From Candidatus Omnitrophota bacterium (GTDB lineage Bacteria; Omnitrophota; Gorgyraeia; Zapsychrales; JBAZNR01): a stretch of DNA of 64,000 nucleotides. The notes beneath the pieces are model-generated. The model saw only the letters and a list, made by a program, of their open reading frames with translations. It was not told where the DNA came from and did not search any database. Location: contig JBAZNR010000001.1 of NCBI GenBank assembly GCA_041649175.1, forward strand, positions 655,497-719,496, given 5' to 3'. Below, piece by piece: positions 31,357-40,454 of this stretch. A program made the translations under genes and the position numbers. How positions within the stretch are numbered: position 1 is the stretch's first letter; each line of letters opens with the position of its first letter.

Positions 31357-32082
31357 TTGGCAATGAAGAAACCTCCTATCAGTATTGTTATTTTATCCTG
31401 CGGGCTTTTCTTGGCCTATGGGAAAATTATTTTGCAATATCAAGGGCTTAATCCTTGGCTGACGGCTGTTTCCTGGGTTTTTGTGATCAGTAGCGTCGGA
31501 CTTTTATTCTTGCAAGAATGGGCCCGGAAGATCTTATTTTTCTTAAGCTTTTTTTTGATCGTATTTTACGCGTACGCGTTTAACTTCATCGCGCTGCTGA
31601 ATCAGCACATTACGCCACTTTCATTTATCGCGATCGTTATGCCATTGGTCTTAACGGTTTTCTTCCTTAATCTTTCCGGCGTAAAGAAATATTTCCAGAA
31701 AATGCTGATCCAGCCCAAAGGGACCATTCTTGCAATCGATGATGACCGTGGCTTGCTCAAACTGCTGAAAGTAAATCTTACTTCAAAGGGATTTGATGTT
31801 GTAACCGCTTTAACAGGCGAGCAAGGATTAGAATTAGCGAGAAAAAGGCATCCCAATTTGATCCTGCTGGATGTTATTTTGCCGGGGAAAAAGGGGCGGC
31901 AGGTTTGCAAAGAATTAAAGGAAGACCCAAAAACGAAAGATATTCCGGTTGTTTTCCTAACGGCCAAAGATTCTCCCGACGATGTTCAAGCCGAGAAGGA
32001 AGCCGGGGCGGTGGCGCATATCACCAAGCCGATCGATTCCAAGAAACTTTTTGCTGACATTAGCAGGATACTTGGAATTTAA
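31357..32082 (+). CDS. membrane-anchored single-domain response regulator (REC only)
   Basis: Three or four N-terminal TM helices, then ILAIDDDRGLL...LILLDVILPG...VVFLTAK receiver motifs. No output domain. Confidence 0.65.
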   Translation: MAMKKPPISIVILSCGLFLAYGKIILQYQGLNPWLTAVSWVFVISSVGLLFLQEWARKILFFLSFFLIVFYAYAFNFIALLNQHITPLSFIAIVMPLVLTVFFLNLSGVKKYFQKMLIQPKGTILAIDDDRGLLKLLKVNLTSKGFDVVTALTGEQGLELARKRHPNLILLDVILPGKKGRQVCKELKEDPKTKDIPVVFLTAKDSPDDVQAEKEAGAVAHITKPIDSKKLFADISRILGI

Positions 32083-32101
32083 ATCAACAGGGAGCAAGGT
32101 C

Positions 32102-32584
32102 ATGGACATCAAATCCGTTAAGATCAATAAACCTGAAGATGTGAATGTTATTATCGGGCAAGCCCATTTTATTAAAACCGTGGAAGATCTCTATGAAGCG
32201 ATCGTTTCGGCGGCCGGGCAAATAAAATTTGGGTTGGCGTTTTGCGAGGCTTCGGGAGATTGCAAGATCCGCGCGGAAGGCAATGATGAGGCGCTTAAGA
32301 AACTAGCTGTCGATAATGCCATGAATTTATCCGCCGGGCATAGTTTTGTGATTATGCTGTCGAACGGATTTCCGATCAATATCTTAAATCAGATCAAGAG
32401 TGTTGTTGAGGTATGCACGATCTTTGCGGCCACGGCGAATCCATTGGAGGTGATCATTGCCGATAACGGTTTTGGCCGAGGGATCCTAGGTGTCATTGAC
32501 GGGTCAAAACCTAAAGGCATTGAAGATGAAAAGGATATCAAATGGCGTAAAGATCTTTTGCGCAAATTTGGGTATAAGCGTTAA
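32102..32584 (+). CDS. adenosine-specific kinase family (PF04008-like) protein
   Basis: 160 aa. MDIKSVKINKPEDVNVIIGQAHFIKTVEDL pattern recalled as Adenosine_kin family. The track ORF begins at 31982 and overlaps the upstream gene. Confidence 0.4.
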   Translation: MDIKSVKINKPEDVNVIIGQAHFIKTVEDLYEAIVSAAGQIKFGLAFCEASGDCKIRAEGNDEALKKLAVDNAMNLSAGHSFVIMLSNGFPINILNQIKSVVEVCTIFAATANPLEVIIADNGFGRGILGVIDGSKPKGIEDEKDIKWRKDLLRKFGYKR

Positions 32585-32629
32585 TTTTTAGCTTTACACC
32601 TTCCTAAAAATCGCTATTATTCTCCTATT

Positions 32630-33586
32630 ATGATGAGCATTAATGACCGAATAAAAACATTTAAAAGGGACTTTGCGCGAAATAGCCTCTATGTTTCCTC
32701 GGCGGTCCTCAATCGCCTGCCGTATCCCTTCGTAAGGCTCTTAACACATCTTTTTATTGCCATCGGTTTTCGTTGTGCAGTACGTCAGCGCCGGATCGCC
32801 GCCGAAAGCCTTCAGATCGCCTTTGGCCGGCAAAAGACCCAAGCTGAAATAAAGAAAATTACCCGTGATTGTTTTGAGAATTTTGGAAGAGGGATGATCG
32901 AGCTTATTTATTTTATGGGCCATCCTAAGATGATCAAGCAGCGTGTTCAATTTGAAGGAAAAGAATATTTAGACGCGGCGCTGCGCCAAGGTAACGGTGT
33001 TATTGCCGTCAGCGCTCATTTTGGGAATTTTCCTCTCATGCTTTTGCGTTTTGCCCAGGAAGGGTATAAAACGAACGCGATCATTCGTCCGGCTCGCGAT
33101 CAAAAGATCGAGGAATACTTTTTTGCTTTACGTACCAAGTTGGGGCTTAATACGATCTACAGTCATCCCAGAAAAGATTGCGTGAATAATTCTTTGAAAG
33201 TGTTGCGCAATAATGAATTTCTGTTCATTCCGTTGGACCAAAATTTTGGCAGTGCGGGTGGAGTTTTTGTTGATTTCTTCGGACAAAAAGCAGCCACCGC
33301 GACAGGGCCGGTCATTTTCGCGATGCGGGCGGGCGCTCCGCTTTTGCCGATCTTTGTGATCCGTCAAAAAGATGATACGCATAAGATCATCATTGATCCG
33401 CCGCTTTATCTACAAGAAGGAAAAGACAGTGCGGATACGATCTTCATCAATACGGCGCGCATTACTCAAGTGATCGAACGCTACATCACGGCATATCCTC
33501 AAGAGTGGGGATGGATGCATCGAAGGTGGAAGAGCCGCCCGGCGTCTGAGGCGCAAAATCCAACCTCAACGGAGGTAATGGTATAA
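32630..33586 (+). CDS. lipid A biosynthesis (Kdo2-lipid IVA) acyltransferase family, LpxL/HtrB-like
   Basis: 318 aa. Pattern of the bacterial lipid A late acyltransferase family (HFGNFPL acyltransferase HX4D-like region). N-terminal anchor. Confidence 0.65.
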   Translation: MMSINDRIKTFKRDFARNSLYVSSAVLNRLPYPFVRLLTHLFIAIGFRCAVRQRRIAAESLQIAFGRQKTQAEIKKITRDCFENFGRGMIELIYFMGHPKMIKQRVQFEGKEYLDAALRQGNGVIAVSAHFGNFPLMLLRFAQEGYKTNAIIRPARDQKIEEYFFALRTKLGLNTIYSHPRKDCVNNSLKVLRNNEFLFIPLDQNFGSAGGVFVDFFGQKAATATGPVIFAMRAGAPLLPIFVIRQKDDTHKIIIDPPLYLQEGKDSADTIFINTARITQVIERYITAYPQEWGWMHRRWKSRPASEAQNPTSTEVMV

Positions 33587-33757
33587 ATGAATGTTAAGAA
33601 GAATATTCTATTTTTTGTGGGAGGCTTCACGGTATTTGTGATCGGGATCGGGCTCGTCTTGACATTTTGGCAAGATGTTGTTAGCGTGTTTCGTGGCATG
33701 GTGGGAATTGTCCTGGCATTGGCGGGAATTTTGATCCTTGTGTTGGTTAAAGATTAA
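33587..33757 (+). CDS. small 2-TM membrane protein (56 aa)
   Basis: MNVKKNILFFVGGFTVFVIGIGLVLTFWQDVVSVFRGMVGIVLALAGILILVLVKD. Starts 1 nt after the lpxL-like stop. Below the 60-aa cutoff of the ORF track. Confidence 0.4.
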   Translation: MNVKKNILFFVGGFTVFVIGIGLVLTFWQDVVSVFRGMVGIVLALAGILILVLVKD

Positions 33758-33780
33758 CCCTTATTTAAGGTAGGCCATCT

Positions 33781-34377
33781 ATGAAAAAACAATTAAAGCG
33801 TTATTTTATATACGGTTTAACGATCTTTTTACCGATTATGCTGACCGTTTATCTTATCATTCTCACCTTTAATTTTATTGATGGGTTTTTGGGAAAAGCC
33901 ATCAAGCCGATCTTCATCAATATTTTTGGATTTTATTTTAACGGAACAAGCATTCTTATTTTTATTCTTCTGATATTTTCGATCGGGTTTGTAACTACGC
34001 ATTTTTTGGGAAAAAAGCTTTATCCTTGGTTCGAAAAACAACTTTTAAAATTACCGTTTTTTAGGCAGGTATACCCTGCGATGAAGGAAATTGCTTTGTT
34101 TCTTTTTTCCCATGAAAGGCCGGCGTTTAAACAGGTTGTCTTGGTCGAATATCCGCGCAAAGGCGCCTATTCACTGGGGTTTTTGATGAATGATTCCGCT
34201 AAAAGCATTTGCCAAAAAATCGGAAAAGAAACTTGCAATGTCCTCATTCCCACTTCGCCAAGCCCGTTTTCCGGGTTTGTGGTCATTATCCCCAAGGATG
34301 AAGTTATTCTGACGGATATGACGGTTGAACAGGCAGTTAAATTCTTTGTTTCCGATGGTGTTGTTAATCCTGAATGA
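33781..34377 (+). CDS. DUF502 family membrane protein
   Basis: 198 aa. Two N-terminal TM helices. FRQVYPAMKE conserved region typical of DUF502. Confidence 0.55.
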   Translation: MKKQLKRYFIYGLTIFLPIMLTVYLIILTFNFIDGFLGKAIKPIFINIFGFYFNGTSILIFILLIFSIGFVTTHFLGKKLYPWFEKQLLKLPFFRQVYPAMKEIALFLFSHERPAFKQVVLVEYPRKGAYSLGFLMNDSAKSICQKIGKETCNVLIPTSPSPFSGFVVIIPKDEVILTDMTVEQAVKFFVSDGVVNPE

Positions 34378-34381
34378 GCGC

Positions 34382-35038
34382 ATGCTAAAAGATATTAAGC
34401 TGGTGATCTTTGACTTGGATGGAACATTGGTAGACGCTTATCCGGCGATCGTGCGCAGTTTTAACTTGACGATGCGCAAGTTGAATTTACCAACGCAAAA
34501 AAGCACGGTTATCCATCGTGCGGTCGGCTGGGGCGATAAGAATTTATTAAAACCATTTGTCGGCGATAAAAATATTTCTATGGCTTTACGGATCTACCGC
34601 AAGGACCATAAGACTTCTTTACGCCAAAAGACGAAATTTTTGCCTCACGCGAAAGACTTGTTGGCGTATCTTAAAAAGAAAAAATATCGTTTAGCGATCG
34701 CCAGTAATCGCCCGACCAAGTTCACGCACATTATCTTGGAACATCTTAAAGTTAAAGATTGGTTTGACTATATTCTTTGTGGCGATAAAATGAAAAGGTC
34801 AAAACCGCATCCGGATATTTTGCTAAAGACCTTAAATAGGTTCTCTCTTCGCCCTCAAGAAGCGGTTTATGTGGGCGATATGACGGTTGATGTCTTAGCC
34901 GGGAAAAGAGCCAAGATCAAAACGATCGCGGTTGCGACCGGATCAAACACAAAAAAAGAATTACAAAAATTAAAGCCGTTTCGTCTGATCGATCACGTCG
35001 GCGAATTAAAAAAGATCTTAGACGGCGCGGCCGGTTAA
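34382..35038 (+). CDS. HAD-superfamily hydrolase (phosphoglycolate phosphatase-like)
   Basis: Motif I VIFDLDGTLVD, motif II SNR and motif IV GD. The upstream ORF start at 34325 overlaps the DUF502 gene. Confidence 0.7.
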   Translation: MLKDIKLVIFDLDGTLVDAYPAIVRSFNLTMRKLNLPTQKSTVIHRAVGWGDKNLLKPFVGDKNISMALRIYRKDHKTSLRQKTKFLPHAKDLLAYLKKKKYRLAIASNRPTKFTHIILEHLKVKDWFDYILCGDKMKRSKPHPDILLKTLNRFSLRPQEAVYVGDMTVDVLAGKRAKIKTIAVATGSNTKKELQKLKPFRLIDHVGELKKILDGAAG

Positions 35039-35226
35039 AAACTTTTTGATTATCAATCTTGAAAGGAGAATGTAATGGGAAAAAGAAAAAGAAGAGGAAA
35101 ACTCAAGTGGCGTTCTAAAAGAGCACGGCATGGCAAAAGCCCGACAAAAGGGCATTAAACGCGCCGTTTTAAATAAAAGTGACAATCAGCTTAGAACTAT
35201 TTTCTAAAAAAAGAGGAAGGTTACTA

Positions 35227-37638
35227 ATGAACAGCAAAAAAATTAAATGGGGTATATCCGCTTTCATTTTTTTCATTGTTTGCGCCGCCCTTTTGACGAT
35301 TGCTCCGTCTGTTTTTGCCAGTGAAGCCGATATGATCGTTCCTGATCTAAGCACGGCGACATTTTTGAATACCGATGGGCGCACCATGTTGACGTGGGGG
35401 ATAGGGATCTGTATTTTTGGGTTTATTTTTGGTATGGTGCAGTATGTCCAGATCAAGAAGATGCCTGTCCATAAGTCGATGCATGAGATCTCCGAGCTTA
35501 TTTTTGAAACATGCAAAACGTATTTGATCACGCAGGGAAAATTTATTTTGATCTTGGAGGCCTTGATCGGCATTGTGATCGTGGCTTATTTTGGTTGGTT
35601 GCGGCATTTTGAAGCCAACAAAGTCGTTATTATCCTTATCTGCAGTTTGGTTGGTATTGCCGGAAGTTATTTTGTGGCGTGGTTCGGGATGCGCATTAAT
35701 ACCTTTGCCAATTCGCGCTCGGCCTTTGCCAGCTTATCCGGTAAACCGTTTCCGGTCAGTGCCATTCCTTTAAAAGCCGGGATGAGCATCGGTATGCTTC
35801 TTATTTCAACCGAACTTTTTGTTATGTTGTGTATTTTGCTTTTCATTAATCCCGAATACGCGGGCCCGTGTTTTATCGGTTTCGCCATCGGTGAATCATT
35901 GGGTGCTTCGGTTTTAAGATTGGCGGGCGGTATTTTTACTAAGATCGCCGATATCGGTTCTGATCTGATGAAGATCGTTTTCAATATTAAAGAAGACGAT
36001 GCCAGAAATCCTGGCGTTATTGCCGATTGTACGGGAGATAATGCCGGTGATTCTGTCGGGCCGACGGCTGACGGTTTTGAAACATATGGTGTTACGGGCG
36101 TTGCGCTGATCACCTTTATTTTATTGGCCGTTCACGGGCCGCTTTTACAGGCGCAGCTTTTGGCGTGGATCTTTGTCATGCGCTTAGTGATGATCATCGC
36201 TAGCGGCCTTTCTTATTGGATCAATGACATGATCTCTAAGGCGCGATACAGCCAGGCAACAGAAATGAATTTCGAAGTACCTTTGACCTCTCTTGTTTGG
36301 ATCACCTCTTTGGTATCGGTTGCTTTGACATACGGCGTTTCGTATCTTTTGATCGCGCCTTTAGGTGACGGGACGATCTGGTGGAAATTAGCGTCGATCA
36401 TTACCTGCGGGACAATGGCGGGCGCGATCATCCCTGAAGCGGTCAAGATCTTTACGTCGACCGATTCAGCCTATGTGAGAAATATCCTCAATTCTTCTCG
36501 TAAGGGCGGAGCTTCCCTGAACATCCTAGCAGGTTTAACGACGGGAAACTTCAGCGCTTACTGGATGGGATTTGCGATTTTATTTTTAATGTGGATCTCA
36601 TATCAGGTAAGTATGTTAGGGTTAGATCAATTGATGTTAGCACCTTCCGTATTCGCTTTCGGTTTGGTGGCGTTCGGATTTTTAGGGATGGGGCCGGTCA
36701 CCATTGCCGTAGATTCTTACGGGCCGGTGGCGGATAATGCCCAATCGATCTATGAGCTTTCTTTGATCGAAACAATTCCCAATATCAAAGAAGAGATCAA
36801 AAGGGATTTTGGGTTTGAACCGCAATTTGAAAAATCCAAATATCTTCTAGAGGCCAATGACGGGGCAGGTAATACGTTTAAGGCGACCACCAAGCCGGTT
36901 TTGATTGGCACAGCGGTTGTGGGCGCTACAACGATGATCTTTTCCATTATTGTTCTTCTGACAAATGGTTTAGTTGATAATATTGATAAACTCTCTATTC
37001 TATATCCGCCGTTTCTTTTAGGGCTGATGGCGGGTGGGGCTGTTATTTATTGGTTTACCGGAGCCACCATTCACGCGGTTACGTCCGGCGCTTATCACGC
37101 GGTTGCGTTTATCAAGGGAAATATAAAACTTGAAGGCGTTCAAAGAGCCTCAACGGAAGATAGTAAAAAGGTTGTTGAAATTTGCACAAAGTTCGCTCAA
37201 AAAGGAATGGTCAATCTTTTCTTGGCGGCCTTGTTCAGCACCTTGGCATTTGCTTGTTTTGATTCGTACTTTTTTATCGGATATTTGATTTCCATCGCGC
37301 TTTTTGGGCTTTTCCAAGCTATCTTTATGGCGAATGCCGGCGGAGCTTGGGATAATGCCAAAAAGGTTGTTGAAGTTGAACTGCGTGAAAAGGGAACGGA
37401 ACTTCATGCCGCGACGGTTATCGGCGATACGGTCGGTGATCCTTTTAAAGATACATCGGCGGTGGCGATTAATCCGATCATCAAGTTCACGACTCTCTTT
37501 GGGCTTTTAGCCATTGAAATTGCTATTCAATTAAGCCGGACGATGAATTCGGTTTTAGCAGGTGTGTTTTTTGCTATTTCCGTTTTCTTTGTGCTTCGCT
37601 CATTTTACGATATGCGCATTGCGACCTCAAAGGATTAA
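35227..37638 (+). CDS. hppA: membrane-bound proton/sodium-translocating pyrophosphatase
   Basis: About 800 aa polytopic protein. GDTVGDPFKDT and DNAGDSVGP signature motifs of V-type PPases. Confidence 0.9.
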   Translation: MNSKKIKWGISAFIFFIVCAALLTIAPSVFASEADMIVPDLSTATFLNTDGRTMLTWGIGICIFGFIFGMVQYVQIKKMPVHKSMHEISELIFETCKTYLITQGKFILILEALIGIVIVAYFGWLRHFEANKVVIILICSLVGIAGSYFVAWFGMRINTFANSRSAFASLSGKPFPVSAIPLKAGMSIGMLLISTELFVMLCILLFINPEYAGPCFIGFAIGESLGASVLRLAGGIFTKIADIGSDLMKIVFNIKEDDARNPGVIADCTGDNAGDSVGPTADGFETYGVTGVALITFILLAVHGPLLQAQLLAWIFVMRLVMIIASGLSYWINDMISKARYSQATEMNFEVPLTSLVWITSLVSVALTYGVSYLLIAPLGDGTIWWKLASIITCGTMAGAIIPEAVKIFTSTDSAYVRNILNSSRKGGASLNILAGLTTGNFSAYWMGFAILFLMWISYQVSMLGLDQLMLAPSVFAFGLVAFGFLGMGPVTIAVDSYGPVADNAQSIYELSLIETIPNIKEEIKRDFGFEPQFEKSKYLLEANDGAGNTFKATTKPVLIGTAVVGATTMIFSIIVLLTNGLVDNIDKLSILYPPFLLGLMAGGAVIYWFTGATIHAVTSGAYHAVAFIKGNIKLEGVQRASTEDSKKVVEICTKFAQKGMVNLFLAALFSTLAFACFDSYFFIGYLISIALFGLFQAIFMANAGGAWDNAKKVVEVELREKGTELHAATVIGDTVGDPFKDTSAVAINPIIKFTTLFGLLAIEIAIQLSRTMNSVLAGVFFAISVFFVLRSFYDMRIATSKD

Positions 37639-37745
37639 AGAGGGAAATCTTATCAGTGATGTTGTCGCGGTTGGTTTGTCTAAAATTTCTCGACAGGGTT
37701 ATAGGCTCCTGTTAGAATATTTTTACGATTTTAGAAAAGATCATT

Positions 37746-38171
37746 TTGTCATTTAACGAAAGGCAGATAGGAAAAGTGTTTTTAAGGCGCTGTCGTTTAG
37801 GAATTGCGGTATTAATTGTATCGTTGAGCTTGTCGCTGAGCGGTTGCGCCACCTTAATTATAGGAAGCATCGCTGCGGCCGGTGGTTATGCGATTAGTCA
37901 AGATACAATTCAGGGTGAGACAGAAAAGGATTTTGAAACCGTTTGGCAGTCGGCGGTTGACATTGTTTCTATTATGGGAACGATCAGTTCGCAAAGTCAG
38001 GAACTGGGAAGGATCTCCGGTATTGTCAACGGCGCGAAAATCACAGTTCATGTTACCCAGCTTACTTCCTCAACCATCAGAGTCAAAGTAAAAGCCCGCA
38101 AGGCCCTTTTCCCTAGCATCGCGAATGCCCAGAATATCTTTATCAAGATCGTTAACCGAGCCAATGAATAG
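37746..38171 (+). CDS. lipoprotein, unknown function
   Basis: Signal peptide with lipobox LSLSLSGCAT. 141 aa. Confidence 0.45.
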   Translation: MSFNERQIGKVFLRRCRLGIAVLIVSLSLSLSGCATLIIGSIAAAGGYAISQDTIQGETEKDFETVWQSAVDIVSIMGTISSQSQELGRISGIVNGAKITVHVTQLTSSTIRVKVKARKALFPSIANAQNIFIKIVNRANE

Positions 38172-38208
38172 GTTGGCAGGGGTGTGACAATCCTTAAAGA
38201 TAACATAA

Positions 38209-38243
38209 TTGACATCTGCATAAAGTTTGCTAGAATTGGTACG
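38209..38243 (+). promoter_or_regulatory. sigma70-like promoter for the tRNA-Phe/tRNA-Thr pair
   Basis: TTGACA, a 16-nt spacer, then TAGAAT, about 20 nt upstream of tRNA-Phe. Confidence 0.45.
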
Positions 38244-38261
38244 CCTAAAAAAAGATTTATT

Positions 38262-38334
38262 GCCGAGATAGCTCAGGTAGTAGAGCGCAGGCCTGAAAAG
38301 CCTGGCGTCCCCAGTGCAAGTCTGGGTCTCGGCA
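38262..38334 (+). tRNA. tRNA-Phe(GAA), T-loop reads TGCAAGT (G at position 55)
   Basis: Acceptor GCCGAGA/TCTCGGC. D-arm TAGCTCAGGTAGTAGAGC. Anticodon loop CTGAAAA. The T-arm pairs CCCAG/CTGGG. Confidence 0.7.
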
Positions 38335-38382
38335 CTTCTTTTGATCATCCCCTCGTTGAACTTTTCCTTAAAAGTATAAAAT

Positions 38383-38454
38383 GCTGGCGTAGCTCAGTTG
38401 GTAGAGCAGCGGTTTCGTAAACCGCAGGCCGGAGGTTCAATTCCTCTCGCCAGC
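38383..38454 (+). tRNA. tRNA-Thr(CGT)
   Basis: Acceptor GCTGGCG/CGCCAGC. Anticodon loop TTCGTAA. T-loop TTCAATT. CCA is not encoded. Confidence 0.8.
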
Positions 38455-38492
38455 TTAAAATTTCATCGTTAAAAAGTAATAGAAAGGCTGTC

Positions 38493-40403
38493 GTGGATTT
38501 CTTCCGAAAAGATTCTTTTAAAACCGGATGGCTGATCGCGATCGTTATTGCTTTAACTTTTACGGCGTATTCTTTTATTTTGGGCGCTTCCTTCCGGCAG
38601 ATCGACGATCGCGGATGTATCGTCGACAATGCGGATATCCGAAGCTTCTCTAATATCGGGAAGATCTTTAAAAAAGGATTTTTTGAGATCGACCATTCGT
38701 ATTACCGCCCCTTGGTCCATTTAAGTTTCATGACGGAATACCATTTCTTTGGACTCAATCCTTTACCGTATTATTTAAACAATATTTTCCTGCACATAGC
38801 GAATGCGCTAATCGTCTTTTTTCTTTTTCGGTATTTCTTCAAAGATCTTGTGATAGCTTTTTTCGTTTCTCTGCTTTTTGCGATCCATCCTATCCAGTGG
38901 GAAAGCGTATCTAACGTTGCCGGACGATCTTCCTTGTTATGTTCCTTTTTTTATTTGAGCGCTTTTTTCAGTTTTTGCCTATTTCTCGACAGGAAGAAAA
39001 TAGCGCTTTATGTTCTTTCTTTGCTGTTGTTCGCGCTGGCTTTATTGTGCAAAGAAATAGCCGCCGTATTGCCGTTTTTGGTCGTTTCCTATATTTTCTT
39101 TTTGGCCGACAGATCAAAAAAGACATTTCGTGAATTATTGCAATGGGCTTTACCGTTTTTTATCATCTTAGCTTTGTACTTTCTTTTGCGGCAGATGTTG
39201 GGGATCACCGAAATATTTCGCGTGCCCAAAGGTCAGGAAGTTTTTGCATTTACGACATTTTTAAGAAGCGTCATTACCCATTTAAGATTATTCTTATTTC
39301 CGGTCGATCTTTATTTCTTAAGATCCAAAGAGCTTTTTACCGATTTTGTTAACATAGAGTTTCTTCTGACCTTAGCGTTCTTTTTTGTGGTGGGCTTTGT
39401 TGTATTTCGATATTGGCGAAGGATGCCCAACTACTTTAAATTCTTTTTATGTTGGTTTTGGATAGAGTTATTGCCTGTCTCGCAAATTATCGGCGGTGTT
39501 GGCCCTCAGCCCGGTTACATTGCCACCTTTGAACATTTTCTTTATGTCCCTTCGATCGCTATTTTTGCCTCCCTCGTGTTTCTTTTTAAAAACATCATTC
39601 CCAAGACCGTAGATCTTAAGATCATTTCAAAGTCTTCCTGGATCGTTATCATTTCAGGACTGCTGATGTTTTTTTTCTTGATAACTATCAAACAAAACAT
39701 TTATGTCAAAGATGAGATCCGGATGCTTAAGGAAAGTATTCGCTACAATCCAAATAGTTTCCAGATCCAGCAAAATTTAGGGATCATCCACGCGCGAAAA
39801 GGGTTATTCAAAGACGCGGGAGATTATTTTAAGAACTCTTTGGAGATAAATCCTGATAGCGTCGTTAGCCGCATTGCGCTCGGCAAAGCTCTTTGCGACC
39901 AGGGGCTTTACTGGGATGGTATCGGGGAATATGAGAAGATCCAAAATGCGGGGCCTGAGGCCGATCTATTGAAAAAAAACCTTCGCGCAACTTATGAATT
40001 TCTCGCCCGTCGATATAAGCAGGATATAGAAAAAGATCCCGAAAATCCCAAACTTTATTACAGTCTTGGTGTTGTGTATTCAAAGACCGAAAAGATGCCG
40101 GAGGCTATTGAGGAATACAAAAGATCTGTCGCTCTTGACCCGAATTTTAAGAATGCTCTTTTTAATTTGGGAACCGGCTACGCTATTTTAGGGAAATTTG
40201 ACGATGCCGCTTTTTGGCTAGAAAAAGCTGTCAGCCTCAAAACGGAACCGAAAGAAGATCTGGATTATCAGGCCTTTTCGTATTTGTCTTTGATCTATGA
40301 AAAATTAGGGCAGCCTCAGAAGTCTGAGGCTGCCCTCAAAGAAAGCATCCGCCCCGGCTTGGCTCTGCCAGAAACTCAAAATGGCCGTAGTCAGGAAAAG
40401 TAA
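38493..40403 (+). CDS. polytopic membrane protein with C-terminal TPR repeats (PMT/GT39-like or DUF-type glycosyltransferase-like)
   Basis: About 11 TM helices in the N-terminal 400 aa. TPR-like repeats at the C-terminus (YYSLGVVYSKTEKMPEAIEEYKRSVALDPN). Confidence 0.5.
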   Translation: MDFFRKDSFKTGWLIAIVIALTFTAYSFILGASFRQIDDRGCIVDNADIRSFSNIGKIFKKGFFEIDHSYYRPLVHLSFMTEYHFFGLNPLPYYLNNIFLHIANALIVFFLFRYFFKDLVIAFFVSLLFAIHPIQWESVSNVAGRSSLLCSFFYLSAFFSFCLFLDRKKIALYVLSLLLFALALLCKEIAAVLPFLVVSYIFFLADRSKKTFRELLQWALPFFIILALYFLLRQMLGITEIFRVPKGQEVFAFTTFLRSVITHLRLFLFPVDLYFLRSKELFTDFVNIEFLLTLAFFFVVGFVVFRYWRRMPNYFKFFLCWFWIELLPVSQIIGGVGPQPGYIATFEHFLYVPSIAIFASLVFLFKNIIPKTVDLKIISKSSWIVIISGLLMFFFLITIKQNIYVKDEIRMLKESIRYNPNSFQIQQNLGIIHARKGLFKDAGDYFKNSLEINPDSVVSRIALGKALCDQGLYWDGIGEYEKIQNAGPEADLLKKNLRATYEFLARRYKQDIEKDPENPKLYYSLGVVYSKTEKMPEAIEEYKRSVALDPNFKNALFNLGTGYAILGKFDDAAFWLEKAVSLKTEPKEDLDYQAFSYLSLIYEKLGQPQKSEAALKESIRPGLALPETQNGRSQEK

Positions 40404-40454
40404 GAAAGTGATATAATAAGTTTCAATTTTCAAACATCAATAAGCGGTAATGCA

